Source: Tubiluchus corallicola (taxonomy: Eukaryota > Animalia > Priapulida). Taken from it: 64,000 nucleotides of DNA. The notes below the pieces were generated by a model. The model saw nothing but the letters and a program-made list of their open reading frames with translations. It was not told the DNA's origin and made no database searches. The DNA is taken from contig JAQGDQ010000029.1 of the NCBI GenBank assembly GCA_030141605.1, forward strand, positions 930,001 through 994,000, read 5' to 3'. Below, piece after piece: positions 1-13,911 of this stretch (position 1 is its first letter; every line of letters begins with the position of its first letter). The translations under genes and the position numbers were made by a program.

Positions 1-650
1 GGACGAATAAACCTTTAAAAAGTTTTTTGTTTATTTATCCGATTAACGACATACTTAGACTTATTTTATAAACATGCAGATAATGCAAGTTAGAAAAAAG
101 AGCTCATGTGCTACTGTATTAAGTTTTTACAGAAATAATATCGATGAAAAAAGTAAGGAGGGTTTTAAAAATCCTTGCTTGCTTGCTAAGTTGCGGTAAG
201 CCAGCAATATACCAAAATCATGTGTAGCTGGTTAGAATATAAACACAAACTTTTGACCATACTTCATCATAATAACTGATTAACGTATTAACCGTGTTTG
301 CACGCTAGTAAATATTTATGTACACTGTGGCCTATTCAGTGGATAGGATTAAAATCGGCTGCCCTAATTGAGCTCCATTATTTTCTAAGTAGCTCTCAAA
401 ATGGCTTTTGTCAGAACTGCGCATCTTTCCAAGGGGTTGCACTGAGTTACCAACAAGTTTTCATCTAAAAACAGTTCAATCAACGCTGAAACACAACATG
501 ATTGCGACCAAACGACTTTCTGGTCGTACCTGCATTTTGAATTTGTGTAAATACAGTCGCATGCGTATTTTTCCGTGTTACTACGCGTGCTATACCTGTC
601 CACCCTTAAATGTGTTTAACACGAGCTTTAACGGACTTTATCGTTTCTTT

Positions 651-960
651 TATATAAACCAATTATGGAATTTGTCACACCCGATGTGGTACGGATCATC
701 AGAAACAGTGGTCGGTCTCTGCACCTGCACACTCCTCAATCGTCTCCCTTTTCTTGTAATTTTGCAAATTTACGCGCCAGGGCCAGTCGTGTTTTCGTAG
801 TGGTGGTGCCGACCACAAATCAGTTAAACGGTCATTTTGGTGCTGGATTCATAGTACTTCTGTTAGAGTGAATAAGTCTTTGAAAACTATATGATTTGAA
901 TTTATTTGCGTGTTATTTTTGTCTACAAATTAGTCTTTTTGCGAACAATAATTGATATCT
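651..960 (+). promoter_or_regulatory. Candidate promoter / non-coding first exon of the + strand gene
   Basis: Locally GC/CpG-richer stretch; TATATAAA 651-658, CCAAT 659-663, Inr-like TCAGTT 820-825, consensus donor GTGAGT at 961. TATA-Inr spacing is not canonical, so weak. Confidence 0.25.
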
Positions 961-3900
961 GTGAGTAGTGGTTATGTAAGGATGTGTTGCACGTATTTTT
1001 AGTTTTGATCTTATCTTATAAATGAGAAGTTGCTGCAATTTTAGTTAGGAGATTTCGCATATTGTACAAAATTTAGCGTTCAAGAAGAATACCATGTGTT
1101 CTATTATGACTATCAGAATGAAAATACAAACAGAACAATTTGAATTTATTGTTATAATGCAATAATTATAGTGTTACAAGGAATAATTTTCCAGTTTTTG
1201 TATAGCAGTGCGAACTTTTGAAAGCTTGTAATTAATGTGCAAGTCGCGAAACAGAGTACTGTGTAACTAGAACAATGCAACGTGCTATCGTAAAAAACGA
1301 AGAGCTTGCCATCTTGACCAACTTGAATGTTAATCTAATGACGGCTTGTCTGGGGAATGAGAATGCGTTCTTTCGCTGCAGTGACACGTATGACAGATCT
1401 TTCAGGGTCAAATCAAAGGTATATAATTTTGTTTTCTGAGACCACCTTCATTACATATAATTAGATAATCTTAGTGTCATCATTTGTGATACCCTCGTGA
1501 CACACATGCGCATACAAATATGAGACTGCCTGCTTACCGTGCTGCGTTTAAGTAAGGTCTTTCTTGAAACTTCTATTGTATGATTAACCAACACGGATTA
1601 ATAACCATTGTCAAAATTCCTCAATAATAAATGCTAAAGCAATGTAAGCTAATAATAGACTTTTTTAGATTGTTATTGTAAATGTTATAATAGAACTAAT
1701 AGTTTGTAGCTATCGTAAATGATATAAGAGAAATAATAGTTCGTATTTCTAAAGTTTCTGAACTCATACATAATAGTGATATTTCCCATAAATAGCAAAG
1801 CGGTCGCTAAAATCGAAGAAACTAAAACCTCGACCAAAGGTTGCCTAAAAACGTGGAAACGCGACGTGTGATATTCAATTTAAAACTTACAGCCGTTTTG
1901 AGTTCGCTTTTTTGTTAGCTTGTATCTTAATAATTAGCATTCATTTTGCTAATATAGGAAGCACGTTATTCCTTTTTGAATCATACCAGAAACTTACACA
2001 GTTGCATAAAATATCGGCCTTATCCCCCATTACAAGCGAACGTAAATAAAATTTCATTAACGGTCCTATAAACTTCCCATTGTTTAACAGGTGCTGTGAC
2101 TGTATGAAATAACATTTCGTGATTTGATAGCATGATATAATACGAAATTCATTATGCCTGTTAATAACTATAATGTCATTTGTCTATTTTCTTTGGAACT
2201 TAGATTTAAGACGGGAGTTGTTAATTTTTCATAAACGTCATCACGAAATTTTCTGATCTGCTTATATTAGATCTCACGAAATCTTAAGACGCAATCTTTT
2301 TATTGTGTGGTAGGACAAAATAACACACAAGCGTCTTATGATTAACTTTTAATTCATCTGTATCCGGCTTCGGATAAAATGTAGACAAAATATTATAGCT
2401 TGAACTTCAGACGTTTCAATAATAGGCTCTACATTTTGTCATCGTCATTTTTATATGGTGTACCTATAAACGACATTCATAAATTATTGAAAATCATTAT
2501 AATAAACAATCACTCGAAAGAAATGAAAACTATTATGTTGAAATTGGTCATAAAATAACTCAATAGCTTGAAGTTACTCTGTGTAGTTATGATACACAAC
2601 ATTTAAAACTTTTTAGCATCTTTGATACCAAAATTAGCCAACTTAACTTCAAATCATCGCGAAAACTAAGTGCACTGTATCACTCATCTAAGAGTCACGT
2701 GCATTTTAATTATCAACACTTGATTGCTGTGCTATTGTAGCTGCTAGCTTTGAGTAATTTCTATTTTAAATGCTGTTTAAAAAGTCGGCATCCTTTTCGT
2801 ACGTGTATGGATTTACCTTTGCACGTGGGAAATGCCTCAACAATGTAAACATTCAAATTAACCGACTGTTGGCTAGAGGTGGATATTACCTGCCCCTGTA
2901 TTTACTTAGCCACTGTGACAGTCAGTTGTACCACCTATTCAACAGCCTTATTGCTAGTATTTTATGCCCATTAATCCGCAGAAAAAATAAAATCTCACAT
3001 AACCAGCTCTCTGTTCATACAAGTTGGCTAAGTGCTGGCAAGTTTTGTATGGCAGGTATAAAAGATCTCCATGTTCCTGGCCTTGAAATGGAACTCACCC
3101 TATTCAATGTTACCAAAGCAGCGTTACAACTCTTTTGACGAAAATCACAAAAACCAGAAATAGAAATGTTGTAATTCCATCAAACACATTCATATTTCAC
3201 AACTTGCTGAATTTTTTCAGTAAGTATCTATTCCATGCTTTTTCTTTCTTCATCTTTTTTATCGACTACCTCTTTTCCCTTCCCTTCTTATTTTTTCTCT
3301 GCTTGCACTTTTCCTCCATTTTCTTTTCCGCTTATGCTTTTTAGTTTTATTTCTGCTCGTTGTTTTTTGCTATTTTTCTTGTACTTCCTCCTTTGTTCTT
3401 CTTTTTTCTTTTTTAATACTACCTTTCCTTTTTTACTTTGTTGTATTCACATTTGTTGTGTTTGTTGAATTCTTTAACATATAATTATTGAGCAAAAAAG
3501 TACAAATGCCTTTCTTCTGTTTAGTGTATTACTTAAATCACATCTACTTTTACTTTTTGCATAATAGTAATTTTCTACCTAAAATACAGGCCAAGTAAAT
3601 TTTTGAGTTTTACTAAACATTGATTATTGTACATTTTTAGCCCCCAGTTTAGCTTTGCGTAGCACAACTATAACTTAAATTGTTGGTAACTAGTTTCTCC
3701 ATCGCTGTCACTTATACATTATAGGCTCTATCAATGTGTATACAAATTGCCTCTAGGGAATTTTAGTAGCATCAGTAGCAGCAAACAGTAATTACTAGGC
3801 ATCATAATTACTAGATAATCTCGACTTGCGCAGGGGGGGCATTTGGTGTTAATTCAGCATTCCAGAACAGACTGACACGCGCATTAGAGACATTATTTTA

Positions 3901-6900
3901 ATGGATGAAACTGATACTGAAATAGATAACTTTGACTGAAAAAGCGAAATTCATTTTTTCAAAACAATTACGTATATAAATGAACGAAAAAATAATAGGT
4001 ACGTAAATAAATTATAAATAAATATATAAATAAATAATAATTGCGTAAATAAATTAACGATAAAAAACCTTGTTGAAAAATAAGATCCTCTGATCCTCAA
4101 TTATGCTTGAACTGCATTACCATTTGCTGAGTGAAGCTTTTGTGATTTAATTAGCTGAATATTGTTATGTGAAGTTTGCACTGTGCTTCCTTGGCTGTCG
4201 GCGCGTCTCGTATTCATTAACACCTGAAATTATATAACCACGAAGACAGTGTGAGCTAAACTAGGTGACCTGGAGATTTTTACCCATTGCAGAACCGTTT
4301 CTCTACGCACTTGATTTATGTGATGCAATGATTTAGTAAACGCATTTTCTTACTTAAAATTGATCATCTTTTTTGGCGTAAGGAAGAAGCTTTTCCTTTT
4401 TAACAGTTGTTTTTTGCTGAGGTTGCTGTCGTGCTATGCTAGAGCAGAGGTCTGAGTTTAAGCACCAATTGAATGCCGATAATTTCAACATTTAAAACTA
4501 TTTTTTACTAAGATTATGCTTATTTAACTATTTCTTATTTCTTTTATTTCGTGCGTAAAGGGTACGTTTGTATTCATGATTTTAAAATTCTTTAATTCTG
4601 TAGTCCCAGTTTTAGTCAAGTAAAACAACTACTGTCTCTTCTGTGAAGATTTAGTAGTAACGATTATGAACTATATTTACAAGGCTGTAGACTAGCCATT
4701 ATAATATACTGTACAGCTAATTGCATTACATTAAAAGTGAAAACGTTAAGTATTAAATTGGAGCGACAAAATTTTTAAAGTATTGATACACATTAGAATT
4801 TGATTGACGATGGAACTCAAGTAGCGGAAGTGACGCCTCTACAACCATTTCAGTTCTTAATTATTATTGCCCATAGCTATTGTACATTCACAACGCTAGT
4901 GTGATAAGACCTTATTAACTTGAGTTCATAGCATGCCATTAGATAAACTGTATGTAAACGTTTCCTGTTCTGCGTGAACGTATAGAGGCTTATCAAAAGA
5001 ACTTTTCGGCACGTTCAACGTTGATTATCTGTTTGAATTAAATAATTGAAGCCTATTATTATTGCACAACTGACGTTTTTTACATTTTTGTCGTCTGGGC
5101 TGTGGTTGGTGAACTATTTAGGTGAATGTGGCGTTAAAGTAAGATAAATTGTTATCCAGACTACCGACCCATTTTTGTTTTCCGAGCAAAAAAGAAAAAC
5201 CGTGACTAGTTTTTAAGTTTGGTAATTGTAATATTATGCCAGAATTTTTCTGTGACGAATGTAACAAATTATAAAAGTTGGCCAAACTAGCGGATTAATT
5301 TTTACTACGAGAAACAATGCTAGAGTAAGAAAACAAATTCTGTGATGGTATAAAATTCTATTTTTCAATGTAGAAACATGGTTTCATTGAGCAAAAGACA
5401 GCAGGTTGACTGGCAAATCTGACCCGACTAGACTGATAATGCGATTTTGCAATCTGGAAGGTTGGTTAAGGTAACAGACTGAGGCACAAATCAAATGTAG
5501 GCGCGCACTCCTGTACATGGTTGGTTATAAAAATAGAGTTACTACAGATATTTTGGAACACAAAACACACCTCCCATCTGTTCGATATATAATTCTATTT
5601 CTCAGCCTGTAAGGTATATGCAAACTGTACAGGTGAACTGTAAACGAATTTAAATTTCTTTTTCTTCTTGAATTTAAGTTTGTCTCTGGAATAATGTACT
5701 TACTAGTTTTCCAGATCTATAGTGCAACAGTGCGTAGGTCATTAGACCCAGAGCAAGACTTGAGCTGTTGATCTGGAAGAATTCTAATCCTCATATTATG
5801 TCAGACCAGTACACCAGGGTGAACAGTACAGCTATTATTGTGCTGTCTTTTCTGGTCGCATTAAAGTTTTAAAATTATAGATAATGTAATGACCACAGTG
5901 TCGTTTTATACAGTAAGAATATGAGCTTGTCTTCGTTAATCGTCATAATCATGACCATTTTCTTCTTGAACATACATACGCCTATACTAACGAATGACAA
6001 AAAACTTATGCATTGTTGAGTATAACACCACTCACTTACTTTCATTGTAAAAATTATTATCCAGCAAGTCATGTGGTCAGACAACTGCCGAACTGAATGA
6101 CTAAAAAGGTAAAAGAATACAACCGTTGAAACAATTAAAATCAAGATGGGGAATCATTTTAGAGCAGCAATTTTATACTGCGCACCAAATTGGAAAATAT
6201 TTCAGCTACTCCTCCTGTTACATTTGCGACTCTTAACTACCAAAAACTAAATATACAAAACTGCCGTTATTGTTAACAAATTAATTCATAAGTTCTCGAT
6301 GCGTCAAACAACACTAAAATGGTGCTACGACCTCGAGTATCACACTGAAATGTTGTCCCAGAAATGACGGGGCCACGTTATAGCTGGTGTTTAGTGTTTT
6401 AGAATCACTGAAATACAAAGAGATTGCATGATTCGAATTATTATAAACACTGTTTTGATGCCTGCTAATCCATCATTCTCACTTCCTTTGAACTGACGAT
6501 TTCTTTTTACTGATGATGGTATCTTTGCAGGTGATCTCGGTATAAAACAGACAAATTTAGGTTGCACAACTTTTCAATAACGGTATTCTTTCAATAATAG
6601 TCAAGCCATGTGGTTAAACAGCCGAAAATTCGCAATAAAAGATACCTGACTTTCTTTTTTGACCTTCCGTCTTCAGTCCTGATTATAATCAAACTAGTAC
6701 CACCATCGCGTCAGATGACCACGAAGGATTCTTCTAGCTACTTCATGTGTGAAATTACCCCTCTTTTGCTCCAGTTTTTATAGGAGATCTGACCAAGTTT
6801 ATACAAAATATATGGGTGCAAATCACAATAACATGAACTCGTGTGTGGAAAAGGAGGCGATTACGAAGATTATAGGCAAAAAACTGTTTGGATAGAGATT

Positions 6901-7172
6901 TACATTGTAGCTGCTGCTTTTTTGCTTTTACACTTCTGTTTAGTATTTCATGTTGAAACAAACGACTATCTGTGTAGTAAAATTACGATTTATATGTACC
7001 GTTTATTTAGATAATAAATAGCTCAGCAATGTAAAATTATATGAAAAGAAATACTTCAGGTTAAGTATTGTCATTTTTGCAGCCATAAGTGAATTGCATT
7101 TTACTAACGCTTACCATATGAATATTGTAAAAACGTTCGTCTTTTTTCCAGAAAAGGCCCGAGAGAGTCAAA

Positions 7173-7386
7173 ATGGACCTGATGATGCCAAGGATGATCG
7201 GCTCTTGCACTGTGGAATCTTACCGCAACCATGGTTTGCCCGCGCCGCCAAACTATGCGACGATTCGTCCACAGAGAAGAAAGAGATCGACGTCTATCAA
7301 TAATCTTCCGCTGAAAGAACAGCCGGTGTTCTTTTGGACTAGTCCTGCTCTTGGTCCTTATCGTCCAGATCAAGCCATCGTGCCAG
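7173..7386 (+). CDS. First coding exon (exon 7152-7386) of a LIM-domain-containing protein; N-terminal MDLMMPRMIGSCTVESYRNHGLPAPPNYATIRPQRRKRSTS...
   Basis: Acceptor ttttttccag ends 7151; ATG 7173 in caaaATGg context; donor CAG|GTAAGA at 7387; ends in phase 1, matching the phase of the next exon (G|AG = Glu). Confidence 0.8.
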
Positions 7387-7966
7387 GTAAGAATTGCTCC
7401 GCGTTCTCTTTTTCGTGATTGCCAGCATCATCACCACATTTCTCTTTAGTAACATTGGTTTCATTATCGCCGTCACCATCATCATCATTACCACAATCGT
7501 CATCGATAATTAAAACAGCAACAGAACGAAGACGACAACAAGAGCGTTTGACATGATCATACCAGTTTCCACCCTAATACAATTATCTCATCACGTCAAA
7601 ACTAACAACTAACACTAAATCTTCCACCATTCCACCAAGATTACCATCACCACCACTATCAATACCGTCACCATCATTATCTTTCCTAACTGTATTCTCA
7701 GTTTTGGTTTTAAAAGGTCAACGGTCAAGGTCGCAAGATCAAAAATGTGAAAATAATTTTTCTTGTTTCATATGAGAGTGCGAATCTGTACCGATACTGA
7801 GGGCTCTCATTCTACTTTGAAGTGCATTTGTTAAGATAATTCTTATAAGCTCTACCCCATTGTCACTTGTTCGCTTGACACTTGTTCACACCATCTTATA
7901 TTCTGATGCTATAATGTCGCTGAAAACTGAGCATAGATGGCACTACTGATGTATTTTATTTTGCAG

Positions 7967-8498
7967 AGGAAAATGACGACGTGGTGTCGAAATCTTCGAA
8001 AGATTCGGGCAGTTTTTGCAGCATGACTGACTTACCGGGATATGGTTATGATCGGCGACCGATAAAACCGGATTTCAGTACGGACACTCTCCGGTCAAAA
8101 GAAAGTGGCTTCTCAGAAGACACGGAAAATGAGTTAAACTCGGACTCTTCTCATTGCGAGGATAGCCGTGTCAATTCGTGCGCTGATCGTTTGACTGTAT
8201 TAAACCGTGATAGTGCCAAAAAACAAGTGAACGTTTCGCGAAAGCAAAAGCTGCCATGTTTAGAACAGCATTGCTCCCATGCTGGCATTTTGCCAACTCA
8301 CCTCTTGTTGGACACCAGTGATACTTGTGAAAAACAGACGTCTCATGACGAGTGCACGTGTTTTTCGTGTGACTGCGCCCGGACTTTACAGATGCGACTG
8401 CGCAGTGATTTCTGCATGGGGTGTGGCTTCAGCGTAAGAGAAGACCGGATCTCACTTTGTGGCGCCACCTACCACATAATTTGTTTTAAATGCTGCAT
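7967..8498 (+). CDS. Coding exon: Ser-rich region plus first part of a LIM zinc-finger domain (CMGCGFSVREDRISLCGATYHIICFKCC)
   Basis: Acceptor tattttattttgcag ends 7966; open frame continuous with ORF 7981-8502; donor AT|GTAAGT at 8499 (phase 2); C-x2-C-x16-H-x2-C-x2-C fits the LIM consensus. Confidence 0.85.
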
Positions 8499-8966
8499 GT
8501 AAGTAAAGCTTTTTATGCAACTTGGCTTTCATTGTTTTTGTGTAACTGAACAACAATTCACACTGCTTCATACTGAAGCCAAGAGTAGGAGTCTGCCTAC
8601 TCCGCAATTTATGCGGTTACTGTTGATTTACATGTTTTTGTCATTCGGAAAAGAATGTGAACACCGCTTTAGAAATAAAGATAGCAAATCTAAAGTTTAT
8701 CACTTGTCTAATTTTGATAATCAGGAATCGAAAAAAGAAACATTGCTTATTGCAAAATCTCGCCTCTAATTAAAGCAAAAATACAATTGAAAACTTGAAC
8801 ATAAATCGGTTTACGTGTGGGAGGCTGTACGTATTTATAAGGATTTTACCGTCAATACCAAAAATGTTAATACTCGATTTTGTTGAAAAACGTATGTGAA
8901 AGTAAAAAGTATGCGTTACGTATACCGAACACATACATTTTTATATATGCTCTGTTAGTATGTGTT

Positions 8967-9044
8967 GGGAGGAGGAGGGAGGGAGGGAGGGAGGGGAGGG
9001 AGGAGGGAGGGAGGGAGGGAGGAGAGAGAGAGAAAAAGAAAGAG

Positions 9045-9120
<76 letters not shown>

Positions 9121-9196
9121 AAGAGAAAGAAGGAGAGAGACAGAAAGTGAGAAAGAGGAAGAGAGAGAGAGAGAGACGGACAGACAGACAGACAGA
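8967..9196 (+). repeat. Compound polypurine microsatellite (GGGA)n-(GA)n-(GACA)n
   Basis: Directly visible; generates spurious ERER/SLSL ORFs. Confidence 0.95.
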
Positions 9197-10358
9197 AGTG
9201 ACTAGTATACAAGTAAAACGACTAGTAAAAATTGCCTTGTGCGCTTTTTGACTCTCGTTCATTCCAGGTGGAGAAACAAACTCTAAAAAGTAGAGGGTTA
9301 TAATTTTAGCTTTCCAAAACTGCACATTTCAGTAATCCGTTCAGTGTTACTCCCTTTCAGAAGAATACATTGCTGCAGTTTTTGGACTCTTTCATATTCC
9401 AGGTGTGAGCTGGCACTTATTTGAACGAGGCATCCTCTCAAATATAGAGAGTTGTAAAATAGAGGATTGGGGATGTTGCTCGTTTGTCCAAAGGACATGC
9501 TTTTCTCGGATCGCTTGTTGACTCACCCGGCTCGAGTTTCGTCCGTTTTCGCTAAGTGGTTTGATTTCCCTTGATGACTGGATTCTGAACAGGTTCAGAG
9601 GGTGCAGATGAAATGAAGTTTCTTTATGAAGAGCACAGTACTTGTATGACTGAAGTGGTTCATGTAGTGGGTTAGGCAGGTGTTGCTGGGGTTGTTTAGA
9701 TTCAAAGGCATGCCGATGTACAAAATTGGCAGAAGTGTATAGTATAATTTTATTTAGAATTAAATTTCGGAATAGAACTTTACTTAATTGAAAGCAGGTT
9801 TAAAAATATAGAAACTTTAAAAGGTATAGAAATATTGTACCTACTTACCTTTGTATAGAGATGCCAAGAAAAATTATCTAGAAGTCTATACGGTAGGGGG
9901 AGTGCTGTAAGAAAGCCATTGCCTGACGCGTTTTTCTGCATTTGAGGGCATTTGGGAAGTATCTTATAGCACCTTTAAAGTAGTTTAACGTGCTTTTCAA
10001 TTTTGATTTTGTGAGACTTCTTATATTTTGACCTCAAGGCAATACAAGCGTTATATTGCAGTTTTGTGAATAGTAAATATCCGAGTAGAAAACCGGACAA
10101 AAATGCCTTCTTAGATTCATAGTTGCCATTATAATTTTATTATGAATTTAGTTCCAAATCACATTAATCAGTATAGTTATTACCTTTATTCTGATATTAA
10201 ATCAAACCAGTTTTGTGAGTATGGAAGTTTAGTAACGACAAAATTTTTTATATGTATACATACATACACTATAATTGTATATAATACACTGCAATACAAT
10301 TACTGATCGCAGTATTTCTATTATGTGCAGTGCAGAAAATGTGACATATTTTAGTTAA

Positions 10359-10360
<2 letters not shown>

Positions 10361-10389
<29 letters not shown>
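10361..10389. repeat. (AT)n microsatellite
   Basis: Directly visible. Confidence 0.95.
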
Positions 10390-10393
<4 letters not shown>

Positions 10394-12879
10394 TAGTTCG
10401 TTCGAGAATATATTTACACACATAGTTAATTCAAAATTACGAATAGTTCGTTAGTTAATACCTAACTGAAATGTACAAAACTCATAGAACAGATACGATA
10501 TCAGAAACAATTATCAGTGCACATCAGTCCATAAGTCAATACAAAAGTATGAGTTGTGCAATAACAGATACTCATTTCAAAAAGCTAATACCTGGGAAAT
10601 TAATAGAACAATAGAAACAATCCCAATACATATAGTTGATATGTTGTATAATTGTATATTCAACAAGCATTTTCAGCTAAAGTCTGCAAAACTAACTGCG
10701 TTAATTTCATTTGTCAAAACTTCAAAGATTCGAAATTTCAGAAAGTCAAACTGCCTGTAAATTTTTTGAGCCGTTTAAAATGTTTTACGCTGAATGGAAA
10801 CGGCCAGCCGATTATTACCTGCGCCTCGGGCGCAATATCGAGGTCTATTCAACCGAAAGTTTCCTTATGTAATACAAACCGACAGTAAAATAGCTTTCCC
10901 TAGTAGACGACCTGTGATCTCTTATGATCTTAGCCGGTGAATGCCATAAACTTGAACTCATTCCATACATAAAACTAGACTGTATTTAAACATTTTCAAA
11001 TTCAAACACCGAGATTGTGCTCGGAATAAAAATAAACTGTATGTTTGATATTGTAAATTAAACAACAATAGATGAAGTAGAAGTTGCTGGTCTAACGCCT
11101 CTCTTGCAGTTTCTGTTCTTTCTCTTTACTTTTCCTAACTTTGTTTACCGTATGTTCTTTCTCATCGCTTCACCGCACAGTTTTTCTGATCTTCAATTGT
11201 TTTTTTTTTTTGCATGTTTTAGACAGCACTTTATACTGGTACAGGAAAAATTCTACTTTTTCATTAACTTGGGACGCATTGATGAATGTCAGGTCGCCAG
11301 CACGAGCCGTATCTTAGTGCTTCTCGAAAGTTTTTCAAAAGTTTATCGGGTTCAGAGATCACGGGTTTGGAACAAAATAAAAAACTGTGTAAAATCATGT
11401 CCAACATTTACTATCATCAATTGCTTTTCTTTTTTTGCCCTTACTGTACTCCTATAATAGAGTTTCGGTATTACATGAGCCATAGTATTTAGCTGTAAAA
11501 CTTAATGCCATTCGCTTTTGTGCGTAATAATAGCAGAAAACTGTGTTGAGAAATAAACAAATTGAAATGATTTGAAAAAATTAATGACCATAAGGATGCA
11601 AAGCACTCGCACGCAAAAAACTCCAACTTTAATATACATCTAACGAAAGCCTGTGATGAGATGGGTTATGGTGGTAAAAAGACTGATGATGCACGGATAA
11701 ATTCTTGTTAAAGACAATGACTGTTTGTTTGACTGCCAAACTGCCGAGTGGCTGCAATCAAAAGGCCAAGCATGAATATCGTATGTAACACGAAGTGTAA
11801 GCCGCAATGTTCTTCAGTTTCTTTTCAAGTACAAAAATTATAATTTTTCAAGATACTTGAAAGTGTTTTTATTGATTTTTAGTAATAAGTATTTAGGCTA
11901 GATAGCCTTTTTTTACATTTGCTTAACTGTTTTTTCTGATTGCAACAGAACATAGACTATTTGTTAAAAATGCATGATCAGTGATAGTAGCCAAAACTGA
12001 AAAGGAAAGATACTAGGTTGAGTTCAGTTTTAGTGCTTCGAACAATAAGTGTCACATAACATTGCGCTTTAGGGAGAATTCTTTGAGGTTTTTATTTTGA
12101 CATCTTGATCTTTTTTCCGCAGACTGCTCCTTTTAAAGATTTTTGAACCCAGTGTGCATTCACTTTTGTGTCTACAGTTTGACAGTTGTCCTATTCAAGT
12201 AGTTAACAAAAATGATTACAAACTTGTTTGGTGGTGCTCTTTTTTAGGTTGTTCTCATATTGCTTAACCCTTTAATATCCGGTTCGCAAATTTAAAATTG
12301 TGTTTCACATTTCATGTGGTGACTTGTTAAAAGGCCAGACGCGGGTCTGCGTGATGGTTAAATGTAATGGATCTGTCGCTATGTCAATAGTGAGTCATTT
12401 ATTTATAGTTATCTATGTTTCCATCTTGTAACATATGTGGTGATTCAGTGGTGAGAGAGAGCATACACTAGGTTTCAATTTAAGTTTAATGAATTATTGA
12501 AACTTGGTATAAGTTCAATTATTTATTTAACTTGTTCAAACTTACTTGTTCAAAGTTATTTCTGTTTACGCTCTCCCAAACGCAATGCACCTAAAACGAA
12601 AATAGCTGACCTAGCCAAATAATGTGTCCTATTTAAAACACAGCCTCACTTCTTTGCAATTAGCATATTACTGCACACATTAATTATTTTACTTAGTGAA
12701 GAAGCAGACACAGGAAATAAAGATATTGAAAAATCAGCCGAATCTTGCACGTGTGTCGTATTTAAATATCCTACATTAGTTATTGGCCTTTGGCATGTGA
12801 GAAATACAATATTTTTTGTTTTATTTTATTTTCGCTCGTCACGAAAAGCTGGGGACATATGCTCAAATAGCAAAAAAAA

Positions 12880-13200
12880 CATTCACATTTTCAATTTGTA
12901 ATAGTTTTTGAACCACACGACTTAACTTCATTTGCCCATGCCGTCGGTAGAGGGCGCGACGATATAATGGGTAACACAGTCCATCTGCATGTGCAACAGT
13001 TCCACTGGACACTTTGGCCAACGTTAGCCAAGCAGTAGTTCGTCGTACAAATTAATGTCTGGAAGCTAATGGCCACCACTTTTGAGCACCTTTTGTAATT
13101 GTACTGGTATTAATCTCATGTCTGAATAAATTAAATATTACAATATTTATGTAGATTTTCCTGTCCTGAAGTACGTACACATTTTTTGGCTGACTCTGTA
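12880..13200 (+). mobile_element. Internally deleted, non-autonomous Tc1/mariner-superfamily DNA transposon (copy 1)
   Basis: Degenerate transposase C-terminus ACATVPLDTLANVSQAVVRRTN*CLEANGHHF/EHLL* (about 12987-13098, one stop and a 1-nt frameshift) resembles the ...C-xxx-NG-x-HFEHLL* end of Tc3-like transposases; followed by AATAAA and a TIR-like end ttttttggctgactctg + TA at 13199-13200. Confidence 0.7.
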
Positions 13201-13637
13201 TTAGGCCCATCGAGTTTAAAGTTGTAGAGTTTATTATATTAGTAAAAATGTATTACCAATATTTACATTTTATGTAAGTTTTATGCAAAAAACAAAAAAC
13301 AAAGCTATCCGTCAACCACAAATTCTCAAAGTCTTTAAGAACGAGTTATCAACACTAGTTCAGTTTTTGCTACGTCTTTTATTTAGCACTTTAATAATTT
13401 AGTAGTTAGTATGGGTGGGGGAGGTGTTAATATTTTGTGAATACATTATTTATATTGTCGTACTTACCTTTTGTGAAGCACTGATTATGTATCATTTTGT
13501 ACTTGTATTTGTTTTTGGTGTTTTGTATGTAAATATGTTTTCGCCAGACAAATTATAAATTGTAAAATTATTACTAAAATAACATTAATTTACTTGTAAT
13601 ATATTATATACCGGTTATATACGTAATATAATAATAT

Positions 13638-13660
<23 letters not shown>
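13638..13660. repeat. (TA)n microsatellite
   Basis: Directly visible, next to the second transposon copy. Confidence 0.9.
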
Positions 13661-13668
<8 letters not shown>

Positions 13669-13676
13669 ATTAATAC

Positions 13677-13911
13677 CAGACATGAGATTAATACCAGTAC
13701 AATTACAAAAGGTGCTCAAAAGTGGTGGCCATTAGCTTCCAGACATTAATTTGTACGCGAGCTACTGCTTGGCTAACGTTGACCAACGTGTCCAGTGGAA
13801 TTGCAGATGGACTGTGTTACCCATTATATCGTCGCGCCCTCTACCGACGGCATGCGAAAATGAAGTTAAGTCGTGTGGTTCAAAAACTGTTACAAATTGA
13901 AAATATGAATG
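13677..13911 (-). mobile_element. Second, inverted and truncated copy of the same Tc1/mariner-derived element
   Basis: Reverse complement aligns by eye with 12880-13124 at high identity with a few substitutions and small indels; it explains the twin ORFs starting MVAISFQTLICT on opposite strands. Confidence 0.8.

Noticed and set aside
7716-7810. aaggtcaacggtcaaggtc as a nuclear-receptor response element (similar at about 32487)
   Set aside because: GGTCAAAGGTCA-type strings are typical of common invertebrate repeat remnants; no independent support.
8867-9325. Overlapping ERERER/SLSLSL ORFs on both strands
   Set aside because: Translations of the (GGGA)/(GA)n microsatellite, which lacks stop codons.
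9859-9945. Possible LIM continuation ICQEKLSRSLY... after acceptor 9860
   Set aside because: Needs the second AG of tagag, has a weak pyrimidine tract and no good donor before a stop; 17493 is a much better acceptor.
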